Positions 1 through 9,435 of a DNA stretch of 64,000 nucleotides are shown here, piece after piece. A model generated the notes under the pieces. The model made no database searches, was not told the DNA's origin, and was given only the letters and a program-made list of their open reading frames with translations. The DNA is taken from positions 3,168,001-3,232,000 of the forward strand of contig OZ242260.1 in the NCBI GenBank assembly GCA_965207065.1. Reading direction: 5' to 3'. Every line of letters starts with the position of its first letter. Positions within the stretch are counted from its first letter, which is position 1. The translations under genes were made by a program, and so were the position numbers. This DNA comes from a bacterium. GTDB lineage: Bacteria; UBA8248.

Positions 1-150
1 CGCCTGGCGGCATATGCAACAGTTTGCTCTGGCTTCGGCGAGCTCGGGGTCCATGATCGCAAGGGGGCATATGGTCAATAAAAGAGCGCCCTCGCCGCTC
101 GATACGATGGGATACGGACTGGCCGGGCTTCCCCAGGGGAGGATGCGAGC

Positions 151-1317
151 ATGACAAAACGGGAGGCGTACGAGCGCATTCTGGCATCGTTGCACGAGGC
201 GGCGCTGGACGATACCCGCTGGTCGAATGTCTCGAAGCTGCTCGACGATACCCTCGGCGTGTACGGCAACACTATTGGGATTGGCGACATACACTCCGGG
301 GAGGACATCGATTACTACTACACGGGGATGTTCTTCCACGGACAACGGGACCTCGACTTAGAGCGCGAGTACTTCGACGTGTACTACCCCCGGGACGAAC
401 GGGTCCCCCTCGTGCGGCAACTCCCCGACGGCCAATCGGCCCATATTTCCGATCTCTACACCAAAGAGGAGTTACGGACCTCCGTTGTATACAATGAATT
501 TTTATACCGTGCGCACGCCCAGAACTGCATCAGCTATCGCCTCGACGGACCCATGGGCTCATCCATCGCCTGGTTTATCCACGACCCCCTCGTAAGTGAC
601 GACTGGTCGTCCGCCCAACTCGACTTGATCCGGCGTCTTCTGCCCCATATACGCCAATATGTGCGCGTGCGTCAGTCGCTGGTGGGCGCCGGCGCGCTGG
701 GCGCGTCCCTCACGGGATTGCTCGATTCGATCGGGGTGGGCGTCATCCAGCTCGACCGCCGTGGGCGGATTCTGGAAATGAATGACCACGCCCGGGATTT
801 GTTGCGCTCCGGAGACGGTCTATTCGACGAGCGCGGGTTCCTGTTCGCCCGAAGGCCGGAGGACGACACGCAACTCCAGCGTTTGCTGAAGCGGGCGCTG
901 CCGCCGCTCAGGTTCCAGGGCGTCAGCGGCTCGACGACGGTGAGGCGAGCATCGGACTTCCCGCTGATGCTGCACGTCAACCCGTTGGGCGGACAAGAGA
1001 GGGACTTCCGCGTATGGCCGGTCGCGGCGCTCGTGCTGGTCGTGGGCCTGGCGAGCCGTCTCCGCATCGATCCGGCCGTGGCCGAGTCGGTCCTCGGCTT
1101 GACGAAGATGCAGAGCCGGGTGGCGGTCCTGTTGGCCGAAGGCATGAGCGTCCCTGAAATCGCCGCGGCGATGGAACGAAAACCAAGCACGATCCGCACT
1201 CACGTGAAGAACATGTCGGCGAAGCACGGTCTCTCGCGCCAGGCCGAACTGGTGGGGCTTGTACTGCAATTGGCGAACGCTCCAGAAAGTCGAGACAGAA
1301 GGCGGAAGCAGTCCTAA
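151..1317 (+). CDS. LuxR-family HTH transcriptional regulator with N-terminal sensory (GAF/PAS-like) region
   Basis: C-terminal LuxR HTH (LTKMQSRVAVLLAEGMSVPEIAAAMERKPSTIRTHVKNMSAKHGLSRQAELV); PAS-like segment GVIQLDRRGRILEMND; GGAGG RBS just upstream of the ATG. Confidence 0.85.
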   Translation: MTKREAYERILASLHEAALDDTRWSNVSKLLDDTLGVYGNTIGIGDIHSGEDIDYYYTGMFFHGQRDLDLEREYFDVYYPRDERVPLVRQLPDGQSAHISDLYTKEELRTSVVYNEFLYRAHAQNCISYRLDGPMGSSIAWFIHDPLVSDDWSSAQLDLIRRLLPHIRQYVRVRQSLVGAGALGASLTGLLDSIGVGVIQLDRRGRILEMNDHARDLLRSGDGLFDERGFLFARRPEDDTQLQRLLKRALPPLRFQGVSGSTTVRRASDFPLMLHVNPLGGQERDFRVWPVAALVLVVGLASRLRIDPAVAESVLGLTKMQSRVAVLLAEGMSVPEIAAAMERKPSTIRTHVKNMSAKHGLSRQAELVGLVLQLANAPESRDRRRKQS

Positions 1318-1714
1318 ATCAGCGCCGAGGTCGTTCGTTATTCCGAAAATTCCCTGGTTAATTGATAAAAATTTCGCAATATCTCCCCATATCTGGGTAA
1401 GCGAAGACGTGTGTGAATTTTTTATAATTCAAACATCTCATCATCGACGTTGGAAAGGAGCCGGCGTGAAACTTCGTGGTGTTTGTGAGGATGTGCTCGC
1501 ACTCTTGGCGGTTTCAGGTATCAACGGATCCGAGGATTGCGGATTGCAGCAGACGGGAACAAAGCAGCCGTTAAAATATTTATCGTTTTCAAAAATTCGT
1601 TCTCGCTGCTGCGCCTCGTTGTCATGGCAGCCTTCTTGACGACCTACACCCGAGATCAGTTGCGATCAACAACCGTTAGCAATACTGGATATGACCTTTG
1701 ATTGGAGGTTTATA

Positions 1715-2518
1715 ATGAAAACAAGAAACATTATCTTGGTTATTTTCCTGTCCATGATTTTGTCGGCATGTTCCGGTTCATCGAATATGTCTGCTCCGGA
1801 GGAGCCGGCGATTGACCCCTCATCAGGTTTATATAAAGTCGTCGCTCTTTCCAATTCATTAAAAACGACTAATCTATATTTTAATGGTAATCAGATTCCG
1901 CTTGAAAGTTGCGGCGGGTCAATTTGTACTGCCGAGGGCGATATTAATATACCAGTCACATTGGCAGCGAGACGTCTTGCAGATCACGGCTTTGAAACAG
2001 AAGCGGAAATTGGCGGGGTTGAAATTGTCAGAACGGATATAGGTGATAACTGGGCGTTGCTCGGTGGATGGATGGATTATTCCGCATTCTTTGTCGTAAA
2101 AGATTTGTTTAGAAACGATAGTTTCTTGGTTTTTTCTCAATCTATAGGTCGGTTTTATTCGATTGACGATGCTCCTTTGCCCGTAGAAGGAAGTGCTTCT
2201 TATGAAGGCGGGATGGTAGGCACAAACATCATGACAACTGATCGCTATACAGGACAATCATCCTTGACTGCAAATTTCGGAGAAACCCCCACTATTGATA
2301 TTCATTTCACCAACGTTATGAACCTGAATACTGGTGTGGCTCACTCCGATATATCATATGAGGGTGCTCCAATAAGCGAAAGGAAGGGGATTTTTAGCCA
2401 ACCTTCAGACAGAAGTTATGTGAATGGTGAATTTATGGGACCGGATAACGAGGAAGTAGTCGGAGTATTTGAGCATGAAGACCTTGTCGGAGCATTTGGG
2501 GCCAAGCGCACGGAATAG
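1715..2518 (+). CDS. Lipoprotein with C-terminal TbpB-like (transferrin-binding protein barrel) domain; probable Slam/T11SS cargo
   Basis: GGAGG at 1704-1708 before ATG 1715; signal MKTRNIILVIFLSMILSA-C (lipobox LSAC); barrel motifs SASYEGGMVG and GEFMGPDNEEVVGVF...GAFGAKR. Visibly AT-richer than its neighbours. Confidence 0.75.
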   Translation: MKTRNIILVIFLSMILSACSGSSNMSAPEEPAIDPSSGLYKVVALSNSLKTTNLYFNGNQIPLESCGGSICTAEGDINIPVTLAARRLADHGFETEAEIGGVEIVRTDIGDNWALLGGWMDYSAFFVVKDLFRNDSFLVFSQSIGRFYSIDDAPLPVEGSASYEGGMVGTNIMTTDRYTGQSSLTANFGETPTIDIHFTNVMNLNTGVAHSDISYEGAPISERKGIFSQPSDRSYVNGEFMGPDNEEVVGVFEHEDLVGAFGAKRTE

Positions 2519-2871
2519 AGCGTGTCAGCGATAAATACCAAGTGTGGCCTTTAATTAATGCCACATTCTTAATTTTCACGACACAATTTGCGGGTGAATC
2601 CGCTACAGAATTATCAGACACATGAAATACTTCAAGATGTTTCGAGACAGCACGAGCAGCGACGTTGATTCTGATTGGCGGCGATCAATTGGAGTTACGG
2701 TCAAATCTGGTGTATGGCCATCCTGAATCCAGCGGCCCTCCCGCCCGTAACTTATTCATTCATCCATCGGCATCAACATCCACAAAGAAGGCAAAGAAAG
2801 CCGCTTACTTGCGAGCGCGCCGCGAAATCGATTTGCTTGAAAGCCCCGCACGACGTGTCCTACCACGGGAG

Positions 2872-4035
2872 ATGCGCCTCATGGAGTTGTTTTTCATAGC
2901 CTTGAAAAGAAAGAAAGCTCCAAGGTGGGCTTTCGTTCTGGCGTGTATCTGCATTGCGTTCATGCTCCCGAGTCCCCCCGCTCACGCCTTCATCGGAGTT
3001 CTCGAGCGTCGTCCCGTCTCATCCGTGGAGAGAGTCCACCGGGCCGTGTGGAAGATTGAAAATGTCGGGGAAGGATATTACGGAACCGCCTTCGCCATCA
3101 GCCGAAAAAACTTCCTGGCGGCCTTTCACACCTGGAACGGTCTTTTGAAAGAGGGAAGAACTCTGGGAGACATCCACCTCGTTCAAGAGGGAAACGGCCG
3201 GACTCACACCGTCTCCAGACTGCTCGCCGTTTCGGCCACCTACGATCTGGCTCTCTTCGAGATCAACGGGAGCGTGGAAGACTACCTGGCTCTGGCGAAG
3301 GGATTTACTCTCGGGCGAGGCGAGCGGCTCTACACTCTGGGCTACCTGGGTGGTGCTTTGTTCAAAGCCGTCCCGGAGTCAAGAGGAGGAGGCTACTATC
3401 AGGACGACTGGGTCTACGGCTTCGCGGCGAATCACGCCGATTTGCGGGGGATGAGCGGCGGACCCGTATTTGATTCGAAAGGGAAAGTGGTTGGGCTTCA
3501 GGCAACGGCTGGTACGAACATGCTATATGGCGTCAGGTCGAGACATTTGCATGGATTGCTCACCTATCGAGTGGGGATTTTGTGTCCGCGGCCTCGTGAA
3601 GCCAAGTCGTGCCTTCGTGCGGGGAAAAAGGACACCAGGAGAATAGCCGGGGCGGGAAACGCCGTTGCCCGGTACCAGTTGGGACACGGGGACAGCTACG
3701 TGAACGAAACCGATAGGGAGCGATTGGCGTCCATCGATCAGCTCAAAGCGTCCGCGCGAAACGGGTTCCCGTTTGCTATGAGAGCATTGGCGAATCTCAA
3801 GGTCCATGGCCAAAGAGGCCTGGAGAAAGACCTGGCATCGGCGGCTTCCTTGTATGAACGCGCGGCGGCGCGAGGCGAGCCCGCCGCCACGCATACGCTC
3901 ATACAGATGTACTATTACGGGATGGGAAAGGTCAAAGACGTGGACAAGGCCCTTGCGATGGCTCAAAAGGGGGTTGCCCGGGATTACGTTCCCATCGTGA
4001 AGTTCCTGAAAAAGATGCGAAGGGAGAATCCCTGA
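2872..4035 (+). CDS. Secreted trypsin-like serine protease fused to Sel1-like repeats
   Basis: Hydrophobic signal ending PAHA; catalytic triad motifs AAFH, YDLALF, GMSGGP; C-terminal Sel1 repeats (GLEKDLASAASLYERAA, YYYGMGKVKDVDKALAM). Start uncertain (ATG 2872 or 2881; the ORF track extends to 2665). Confidence 0.8.
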   Translation: MRLMELFFIALKRKKAPRWAFVLACICIAFMLPSPPAHAFIGVLERRPVSSVERVHRAVWKIENVGEGYYGTAFAISRKNFLAAFHTWNGLLKEGRTLGDIHLVQEGNGRTHTVSRLLAVSATYDLALFEINGSVEDYLALAKGFTLGRGERLYTLGYLGGALFKAVPESRGGGYYQDDWVYGFAANHADLRGMSGGPVFDSKGKVVGLQATAGTNMLYGVRSRHLHGLLTYRVGILCPRPREAKSCLRAGKKDTRRIAGAGNAVARYQLGHGDSYVNETDRERLASIDQLKASARNGFPFAMRALANLKVHGQRGLEKDLASAASLYERAAARGEPAATHTLIQMYYYGMGKVKDVDKALAMAQKGVARDYVPIVKFLKKMRRENP

Positions 4036-4288
4036 TTGCGTGCGCGTTTTCCAGCAACGGTTTCAACAGCCGTCACAGGCTGCCGCCCATCATAGATGAT
4101 CACGGGTATGCGTCCCGTAACTTCTTGCTCGGAAGATCATCCTCTCTGTAATGAAGGCTGCTCTTCAGTCGCGCGCGGGCTTCGTCTTTGGACATGGGAC
4201 GGTGTAGCTGGATCAAATTCGAAGGCGCTGAAGCATGACCACAGGCAAGCCGCTTAAGGCCGGATATTCTAGGAAAATCCGACCCCGC

Positions 4289-4458
4289 CCCGCCTGGGTG
4301 CGCAGAAGTTGTAATTCGTCAGCTTTCGCTTTGATTACATGCTGTAGGTGGCGGATTGTGATCGAGATCGGGAGCCACACATATTTCCCAATGAGATCAA
4401 TGGGATAATGCAATTCCACTACCGCTGGAAATCCCCCACTGTCTGAAAACGGGCGAAA
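4289..4458 (+). repeat. Degenerate two-block direct repeat, copy 1 (pairs with 6415-6584)
   Basis: Block A 4289-4339 matches 6415-6465 at 40/51; block B 4422-4458 matches 6548-6584 at 34/37; both blocks are offset by exactly 2126 bp (hand count). Confidence 0.75.
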
Positions 4459-4685
4459 CATTCTCAACGAGTTCGCTATCCTGCTGGTCCACTTCAGGCC
4501 ATGAAATGCCGTACATCTGCAGGTCGTGATCGCTTCCTCTCCCGCGCGGCCACCGTTGATCATCTTCTGACTGCGACGAAACATGTTCCATCTTCCATGG
4601 ATGGTTCGCGCTGTATTTCCTTTTTAGAATCTTGAACAGCGGAAACCAGTCGGCGCCGGACCCCGACGCCTGGGATTTTGTAATT

Positions 4686-4713
4686 TGTCAGAAACTATTA
4701 TATATTTCTGACA
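4686..4713. promoter_or_regulatory. Inverted-repeat operator upstream of abiEi (probable autoregulation site)
   Basis: TGTCAGAAA-N10-TTTCTGACA, a perfect 9-bp IR with an AT-rich spacer, 15 bp before the ATG. AbiEi antitoxins are known to autorepress at promoter IRs. Confidence 0.7.
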
Positions 4714-4728
4714 GAAAAGGGGTGTCTC

Positions 4729-5322
4729 ATGGAAAAACTGAGCGAAGCGATTCTGCATCACGCAAGAAACAGGCCCGAAGGCGTTCCGTTGAGCGCCAAG
4801 GGGTTGCTGCATCTCGGCAGCCGCGCCGCGGTCGATCAGGCCTTGTCGCGTCTTGCCCGTCGCGGTGACCTGCTTCGCGCGGGACGGGGCCTCTACCTCC
4901 TCCCAGTGAAGAGCCGGTTCGGCAGCCGGGCGCCCTCGCTCCAGAAGACGGTCGAGGCGCTGGCGGCCCAGCGCGGGGAGCGGATCGCTTCCAGCGGCGC
5001 CATGGCGGCGAATACGCTCGGCCTGACGACGCAGGTGCCGGTCAGGCCCGTCTTCCTGACCTCGGGACGCAGCCGTAAACTGAAACTCGGCCGTCAGGAG
5101 GTCGAATTGCGGCACGCGCCGCCATGGCAGCTCGTACTGAGTGGCCGCAAGGCGGGAGACGCCGTCCGGGCGCTCGCCTGGCTCGGACCGGAGAGGGCCG
5201 GGACGGCGCTCGATGTGATCGGGGGATCGCTGAGCCTCGAGGAACGCAGGGAGTTGGCCGATGTCAGTGCGCAAATGCCGGGATGGCTCGCGGGTCCGGT
5301 GAGTCGGTTGACGCATGGCTGA
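4729..5322 (+). CDS. Type IV TA antitoxin, AbiEi-like (DUF6088-type) winged-HTH protein
   Basis: GSRAAVDQALSRL...RAGRGLY and SGAMAANTLGLTTQVP motifs; overlaps the downstream nucleotidyltransferase gene. Confidence 0.85.
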   Translation: MEKLSEAILHHARNRPEGVPLSAKGLLHLGSRAAVDQALSRLARRGDLLRAGRGLYLLPVKSRFGSRAPSLQKTVEALAAQRGERIASSGAMAANTLGLTTQVPVRPVFLTSGRSRKLKLGRQEVELRHAPPWQLVLSGRKAGDAVRALAWLGPERAGTALDVIGGSLSLEERRELADVSAQMPGWLAGPVSRLTHG

Positions 5323-6331
5323 GCGCTGGTTGGAACTCCAGCATGGTGATCGTCGGGAAGTGCTCGAAGTCGCCGCCGGCGCGTCCGGAAGGCCGGTGTA
5401 TCTGCTGGAAAAGGACATCTGGGTCGTCTGGGCCATCCAGACGCTCTTTGAAGCGCCCATAGGCGCGCCGCTCGTCTTCAAGGGCGGCACATCCCTGTCC
5501 AAGGCGTATCGCGCCATTGGGCGTTTTTCCGAGGATGTCGACCTGACCTATGACATCCGGGCGCTCGCACCCGACCTCGTCGCCGACAGCCCGGATGCTT
5601 TGCCGACAAGCCGGAGCCAGGAACAGCGATGGACGAGAGAGGTCCGCCGGCGTCTGGCCGCCTGGATGCATGACGAGGCCGTCCCGTTCCTGGAGAAGAG
5701 GCTGCATGCGGTAGAGACGGACGGCGGAATCAGGGTCGAGGATGGCGATCTCTTCATACGCTATTCGCCGCTGAGCGAGGGGACGGGCTATGTTCGACCG
5801 GAGGTGAAGCTGGAATTCGGCGCACGCGCCACGGGGGAGCCGAACTCGCCGATGCCGATCCGCTGCGACGCGGCTGACCATGTGCCGGATGTCGAATTCC
5901 CGACGGCGTTACCGCGGGTCATGCGGGCCGAACGCACCTTCTGGGAGAAGGCGACGGCCGCGCATGTCTACTGCTTGCAGGGGCGATTGCGGAGCGAGCG
6001 CTTCGCCCGGCACTGGTACGATCTCGCGCGGCTCAAGGACGCCGGCCTGGCGCGACGCGCTCTCGCAGACCGGGAAACCGCCAATGCCGTGGCGGCGCAC
6101 AAGGCCATGTTCTTTCGCGAAAAGGATGCGTCGGGAAACTGGATCGACTACGAAGCGGCCGTTACGGGCGGTCTGCAGCTTGTCCCAGCGGGAGACTCCT
6201 TGGCCGCACTGGCGGACGACTACGCTCGGATGGTTGAAGACCGGCTGCTGCTCGAGGAGGCCGAGCCGTTCAATGTCCTGATGGATACCTGTCGGGCAAT
6301 CGCGGAGCAGGCGAACCTGCTCGACTGCTAG
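5315..6331 (+). CDS. Type IV TA toxin, AbiEii/AbiGii-family nucleotidyltransferase
   Basis: LEKDIWV, FKGGTSLSKAY, RFSEDVDL, ERTFWEKA and RHWYDL motifs. Confidence 0.9.
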   Translation: MAERWLELQHGDRREVLEVAAGASGRPVYLLEKDIWVVWAIQTLFEAPIGAPLVFKGGTSLSKAYRAIGRFSEDVDLTYDIRALAPDLVADSPDALPTSRSQEQRWTREVRRRLAAWMHDEAVPFLEKRLHAVETDGGIRVEDGDLFIRYSPLSEGTGYVRPEVKLEFGARATGEPNSPMPIRCDAADHVPDVEFPTALPRVMRAERTFWEKATAAHVYCLQGRLRSERFARHWYDLARLKDAGLARRALADRETANAVAAHKAMFFREKDASGNWIDYEAAVTGGLQLVPAGDSLAALADDYARMVEDRLLLEEAEPFNVLMDTCRAIAEQANLLDC

Positions 6332-6414
6332 ACGACCCACCCACTCTCGGGCAGCGTATCTATGATTCCTGCTCATGAGTAATCCATTTAGGCTGCACGG
6401 TGGCCAGGTAACAA

Positions 6415-6584
6415 CCCGCCCGGACGCGCAGAAGTTAGAATCCGCCCGCTTCCGGTTTGATTGCACCTTGAAGAAAGCGAATCCCCAACGAAACTCCCCA
6501 AAAACAAATACTCAAAATATTTTCAACAAACTACAAAGACTTCACGTCCGTTGGAAATCCCCCACCGTCTGAAAACGAGCGAAA
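6415..6584 (+). repeat. Degenerate two-block direct repeat, copy 2
   Basis: Partner of 4289-4458; lies between the abiEii stop and the traI stop. Confidence 0.75.
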
Positions 6585-6626
6585 TACGATTTTCCTACAG
6601 CTTGTAGATTTTCGATAGCTGATTTC

Positions 6627-9434
6627 CTACATTTCCATCGTGCGTGCAGAGCGGATCTTCTTCATCTCCTGCGTCCGCCGCTCCATGGATTGAGCCGCCT
6701 CGTTCGTTCTCCCAGCGTCCCTGGGTCTGTCTCCGAACGCTTCCAGGGCCGCGATACGCTCCCCCGTCGCGGCTTCGAGTCGCTCGCGCAGTGCGTTCGC
6801 ATCGTCGGTCACGAGTTCCGCCCGGTCGCGTGCGCGGCTGATCTCGACGTAGAGCGTCTTCTGGTTGGTGAGATTGGGATGGTTGGCCTCCATGGCGGCG
6901 ATGACGGTATCGACCGTCCGACCCTGGAAGGCGTGCACGGTCGAGGCCCAGGCGCGGTCGACGTGGCGAATCTGCGGGTCGGCGCCGGTCATGTCGAGTG
7001 CGCGCCCGTCCTCGAGACGGAAACTGACGCGGTCTCCCCTGACGCTCGTCACCTCCGCGGTCTGGCTGTTGACCAGGCCCAGGTCCTTGTCGTTACGGGT
7101 CCATCGGACCCGGTCGCCGCTTCGAAACTCCATCTGCTCGACCCGGTAGACCTCGACCCCGCCGCTTCGCGCCGCGAGACGGCCCGGCTCCCAGCGGACT
7201 TCCCTTCCGTCTTTTCCTTCCAGCACGACCGCGCCGCCTTTGTGATCCACGCCCGTCACACGTAGTTCGTCTCCCTTTTCGACGCCGAGGCGCTTGTAGG
7301 GACGGTGGAAGGCGACCACGTCGCCGGGCGCGTAGTTCGCGGAGAGCGATTTCTCGGGGTTGGTGTAGCCGCGCGAGACGAGGCGTTCCGATTCCAGGGC
7401 CGGGCCGTGGACGACGCCGTCCCGGATAAGTCGCTCGCGGACGATGGCGTTGATTTTCTCGCGAATCGCATGGCTCGGCGCCATGAGGCCCGCCCGTTCT
7501 CGCGCCTCGGGCGACAGCGCTATCCAACGCGCGGCGGCGGCGCCCGCGAGGTTGTCGGGCTTGACTTCGGCCACGTTCGAGCCGAGTTTTTCGAAGGCGC
7601 GCTTGACGTCGCCTGCGAGGGTGGCCTCTACGGCGGCTTTGAGATCGGGGTCGCGCTGGCGCATGATCTCCTTCATCACCGCGGTCTTCATGCCCGCCGA
7701 CTGTAGCTGTGCGAATGGTTTGCCGGCGTCTACGGCGCCTAATTGTTTCGCATCGCCCACCAGCACGACCCGGGGCAGGCTTAAGGTCTCCGCGATGCGC
7801 AAGAGTTCGCGCATCTCGCGCGTCGATGCGAGGGAGCCCTCGTCCACCACGAGGGCGGTCTTGCCGTAGTCCGCGCGCATCTGCTTCCGGGCCTTCCTCG
7901 TAAGGCGGCCCTGGGCGACCCCGGCGTTTCGCGCCAGGAAACGCTGCAGCGTCTCGCTCGCTATGCCGGCTTCCGATTCGAGCGTCCTTGCGGCGGAGGC
8001 CGAAGGCGCAAGTCCCCGGACCTCGAAGCCGCGCTTCTCAAAAAGCGCGCGGGCGCGTCTCAGCATCGCGGTCTTTCCGGTTCCTGCGTAGCCCTGCACG
8101 CCGATGACGCGGTCTTTTTCTGAAAGAATCAACTTGACCGCATCGCGCTGGCCCGTTGTCAGCGGACCGTTTCGCAAGGACTTGTCCACGGCGCGTGGGC
8201 GCATGGCGGGCACGCCTCGACCGCATCCGGATTTCAGGAGGGCGATGGTCTCTCGCTCCTCGGCCACCGCCTTGTCCGTCGTGAGCATGTCCTTCCGGCT
8301 CGAAAGGTCCGCCGCGTGCAGGACGCTTGTATTTTCCAGTCTCGCCACCTCGCGCTCGGCGCCTGCCATCGACACCGCGCCCGGCCGCCAGGCGAGTGCG
8401 CCTGCGAGGAGGGCGGAACGGTCGAAGACCGCCTCTCGTTCCGCGAGGTGCGCCACGGCCCACTCCACGGCCTCGCGGGCGGGTTCCGCTTCCCTGGATG
8501 GAGCGCTCCTCGTCATCGCTTCGGCCGCCAGGGTCCCGGCGTCGAAGCCCAGGTCCTTCGCCTGCTTCTCCCAGGCGGCCGTCAAGGCCTCCTTGCCGAC
8601 TTCACGCTTGCGCGCCCTCGTCATGAGCGCCGCACGCTGGGCTGCGCGCTGGTTCTCGGCCGTCGCGCCGAGTCCCCGCTCGGCCATCGCCTTCTCGATC
8701 TCGACACGTCTTGTCGAGAACGCCTCGATCACGTCTCTCGGGACGCCCGCGACCTCGAAGCGCCCGTCGGCATGGGTCTTTTCGATACGATATCCGATGG
8801 CTCCGAGTTCTCTGGCGAGTTCGGTCCGGTACATCGCGCCCGTGAGCATCTTGTGCGCGTAGAGTTTCTCGTTGGACATCGTGCGCCACTTGCCGTCCGC
8901 ACCACGCACCATGTTGGCTACAACTGAGTGCGTGTGGATCATGGGGTCGAGGTTGCGCGACGTATCGTGCCGGAAGGTCGCGACCAGTGTTTTCTGGTCC
9001 CCCAAACGGACCATCTGTCCGGTCTTGGGCTCGCTCATCCTGGTCTCGGCGACGTTTCGATCGACCCAGGCGAGGGTGCGCGATACGGCCGCATCGTGCG
9101 CCCTGATTACGCGCGCGTCGCCGCCCACGAGAGCCAGGAGGGAGACGGATTTGGGCGCCGAGAGGGTGAGGTCGCGGCCGGGACGGTGGTGGAGTTCTCC
9201 GTCCTTGCCCCTTCGTCCGAGCCTTTGTCCCGAACCGTCGGGCACCACGCCTTCGAGCACCGCGCGGAATACGTCCGGGTCGACCGGACCCGAGAGGCCC
9301 AGGTCCTCAGCGCCCCTACCGCGCCAGGCGCTCGCCTCCCGGTGCGCCGGGTCGTCCTTCGCGTAGTAGCCGTCGCGCTCGTAGTAGGACGCCCCCTGCG
9401 CGGGAGCGGCGACGGCGCCGATCGATGCGACCAT
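6627..9434 (-). CDS. traI: Conjugative relaxase-helicase, MOBF (TrwC/TraI) family
   Basis: N-terminal YY..YY (SYYERDGYY), DLTLSAPKSVS, HDTSRNLDPMIHTH HUH motif; helicase Walker A QGYAGTGKT, VVDEGS, STVHAFQG, YVEISRAR. Confidence 0.95.
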   Translation of the reverse strand: MVASIGAVAAPAQGASYYERDGYYAKDDPAHREASAWRGRGAEDLGLSGPVDPDVFRAVLEGVVPDGSGQRLGRRGKDGELHHRPGRDLTLSAPKSVSLLALVGGDARVIRAHDAAVSRTLAWVDRNVAETRMSEPKTGQMVRLGDQKTLVATFRHDTSRNLDPMIHTHSVVANMVRGADGKWRTMSNEKLYAHKMLTGAMYRTELARELGAIGYRIEKTHADGRFEVAGVPRDVIEAFSTRRVEIEKAMAERGLGATAENQRAAQRAALMTRARKREVGKEALTAAWEKQAKDLGFDAGTLAAEAMTRSAPSREAEPAREAVEWAVAHLAEREAVFDRSALLAGALAWRPGAVSMAGAEREVARLENTSVLHAADLSSRKDMLTTDKAVAEERETIALLKSGCGRGVPAMRPRAVDKSLRNGPLTTGQRDAVKLILSEKDRVIGVQGYAGTGKTAMLRRARALFEKRGFEVRGLAPSASAARTLESEAGIASETLQRFLARNAGVAQGRLTRKARKQMRADYGKTALVVDEGSLASTREMRELLRIAETLSLPRVVLVGDAKQLGAVDAGKPFAQLQSAGMKTAVMKEIMRQRDPDLKAAVEATLAGDVKRAFEKLGSNVAEVKPDNLAGAAAARWIALSPEARERAGLMAPSHAIREKINAIVRERLIRDGVVHGPALESERLVSRGYTNPEKSLSANYAPGDVVAFHRPYKRLGVEKGDELRVTGVDHKGGAVVLEGKDGREVRWEPGRLAARSGGVEVYRVEQMEFRSGDRVRWTRNDKDLGLVNSQTAEVTSVRGDRVSFRLEDGRALDMTGADPQIRHVDRAWASTVHAFQGRTVDTVIAAMEANHPNLTNQKTLYVEISRARDRAELVTDDANALRERLEAATGERIAALEAFGDRPRDAGRTNEAAQSMERRTQEMKKIRSARTMEM

Positions 9435-9435
9435 T

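Noticed and set aside
4297-4324. Bona fide XerCD dif site
   Set aside because: The XerC-like arm matches 10/11, but the XerD arm matches only about 5/11 and copy 2 is weaker; kept only as a remark in the repeat finding.
4040-4620. Short ORFs between the protease and abiEi
   Set aside because: No recognisable domain or clear RBS; possibly decayed sequence.
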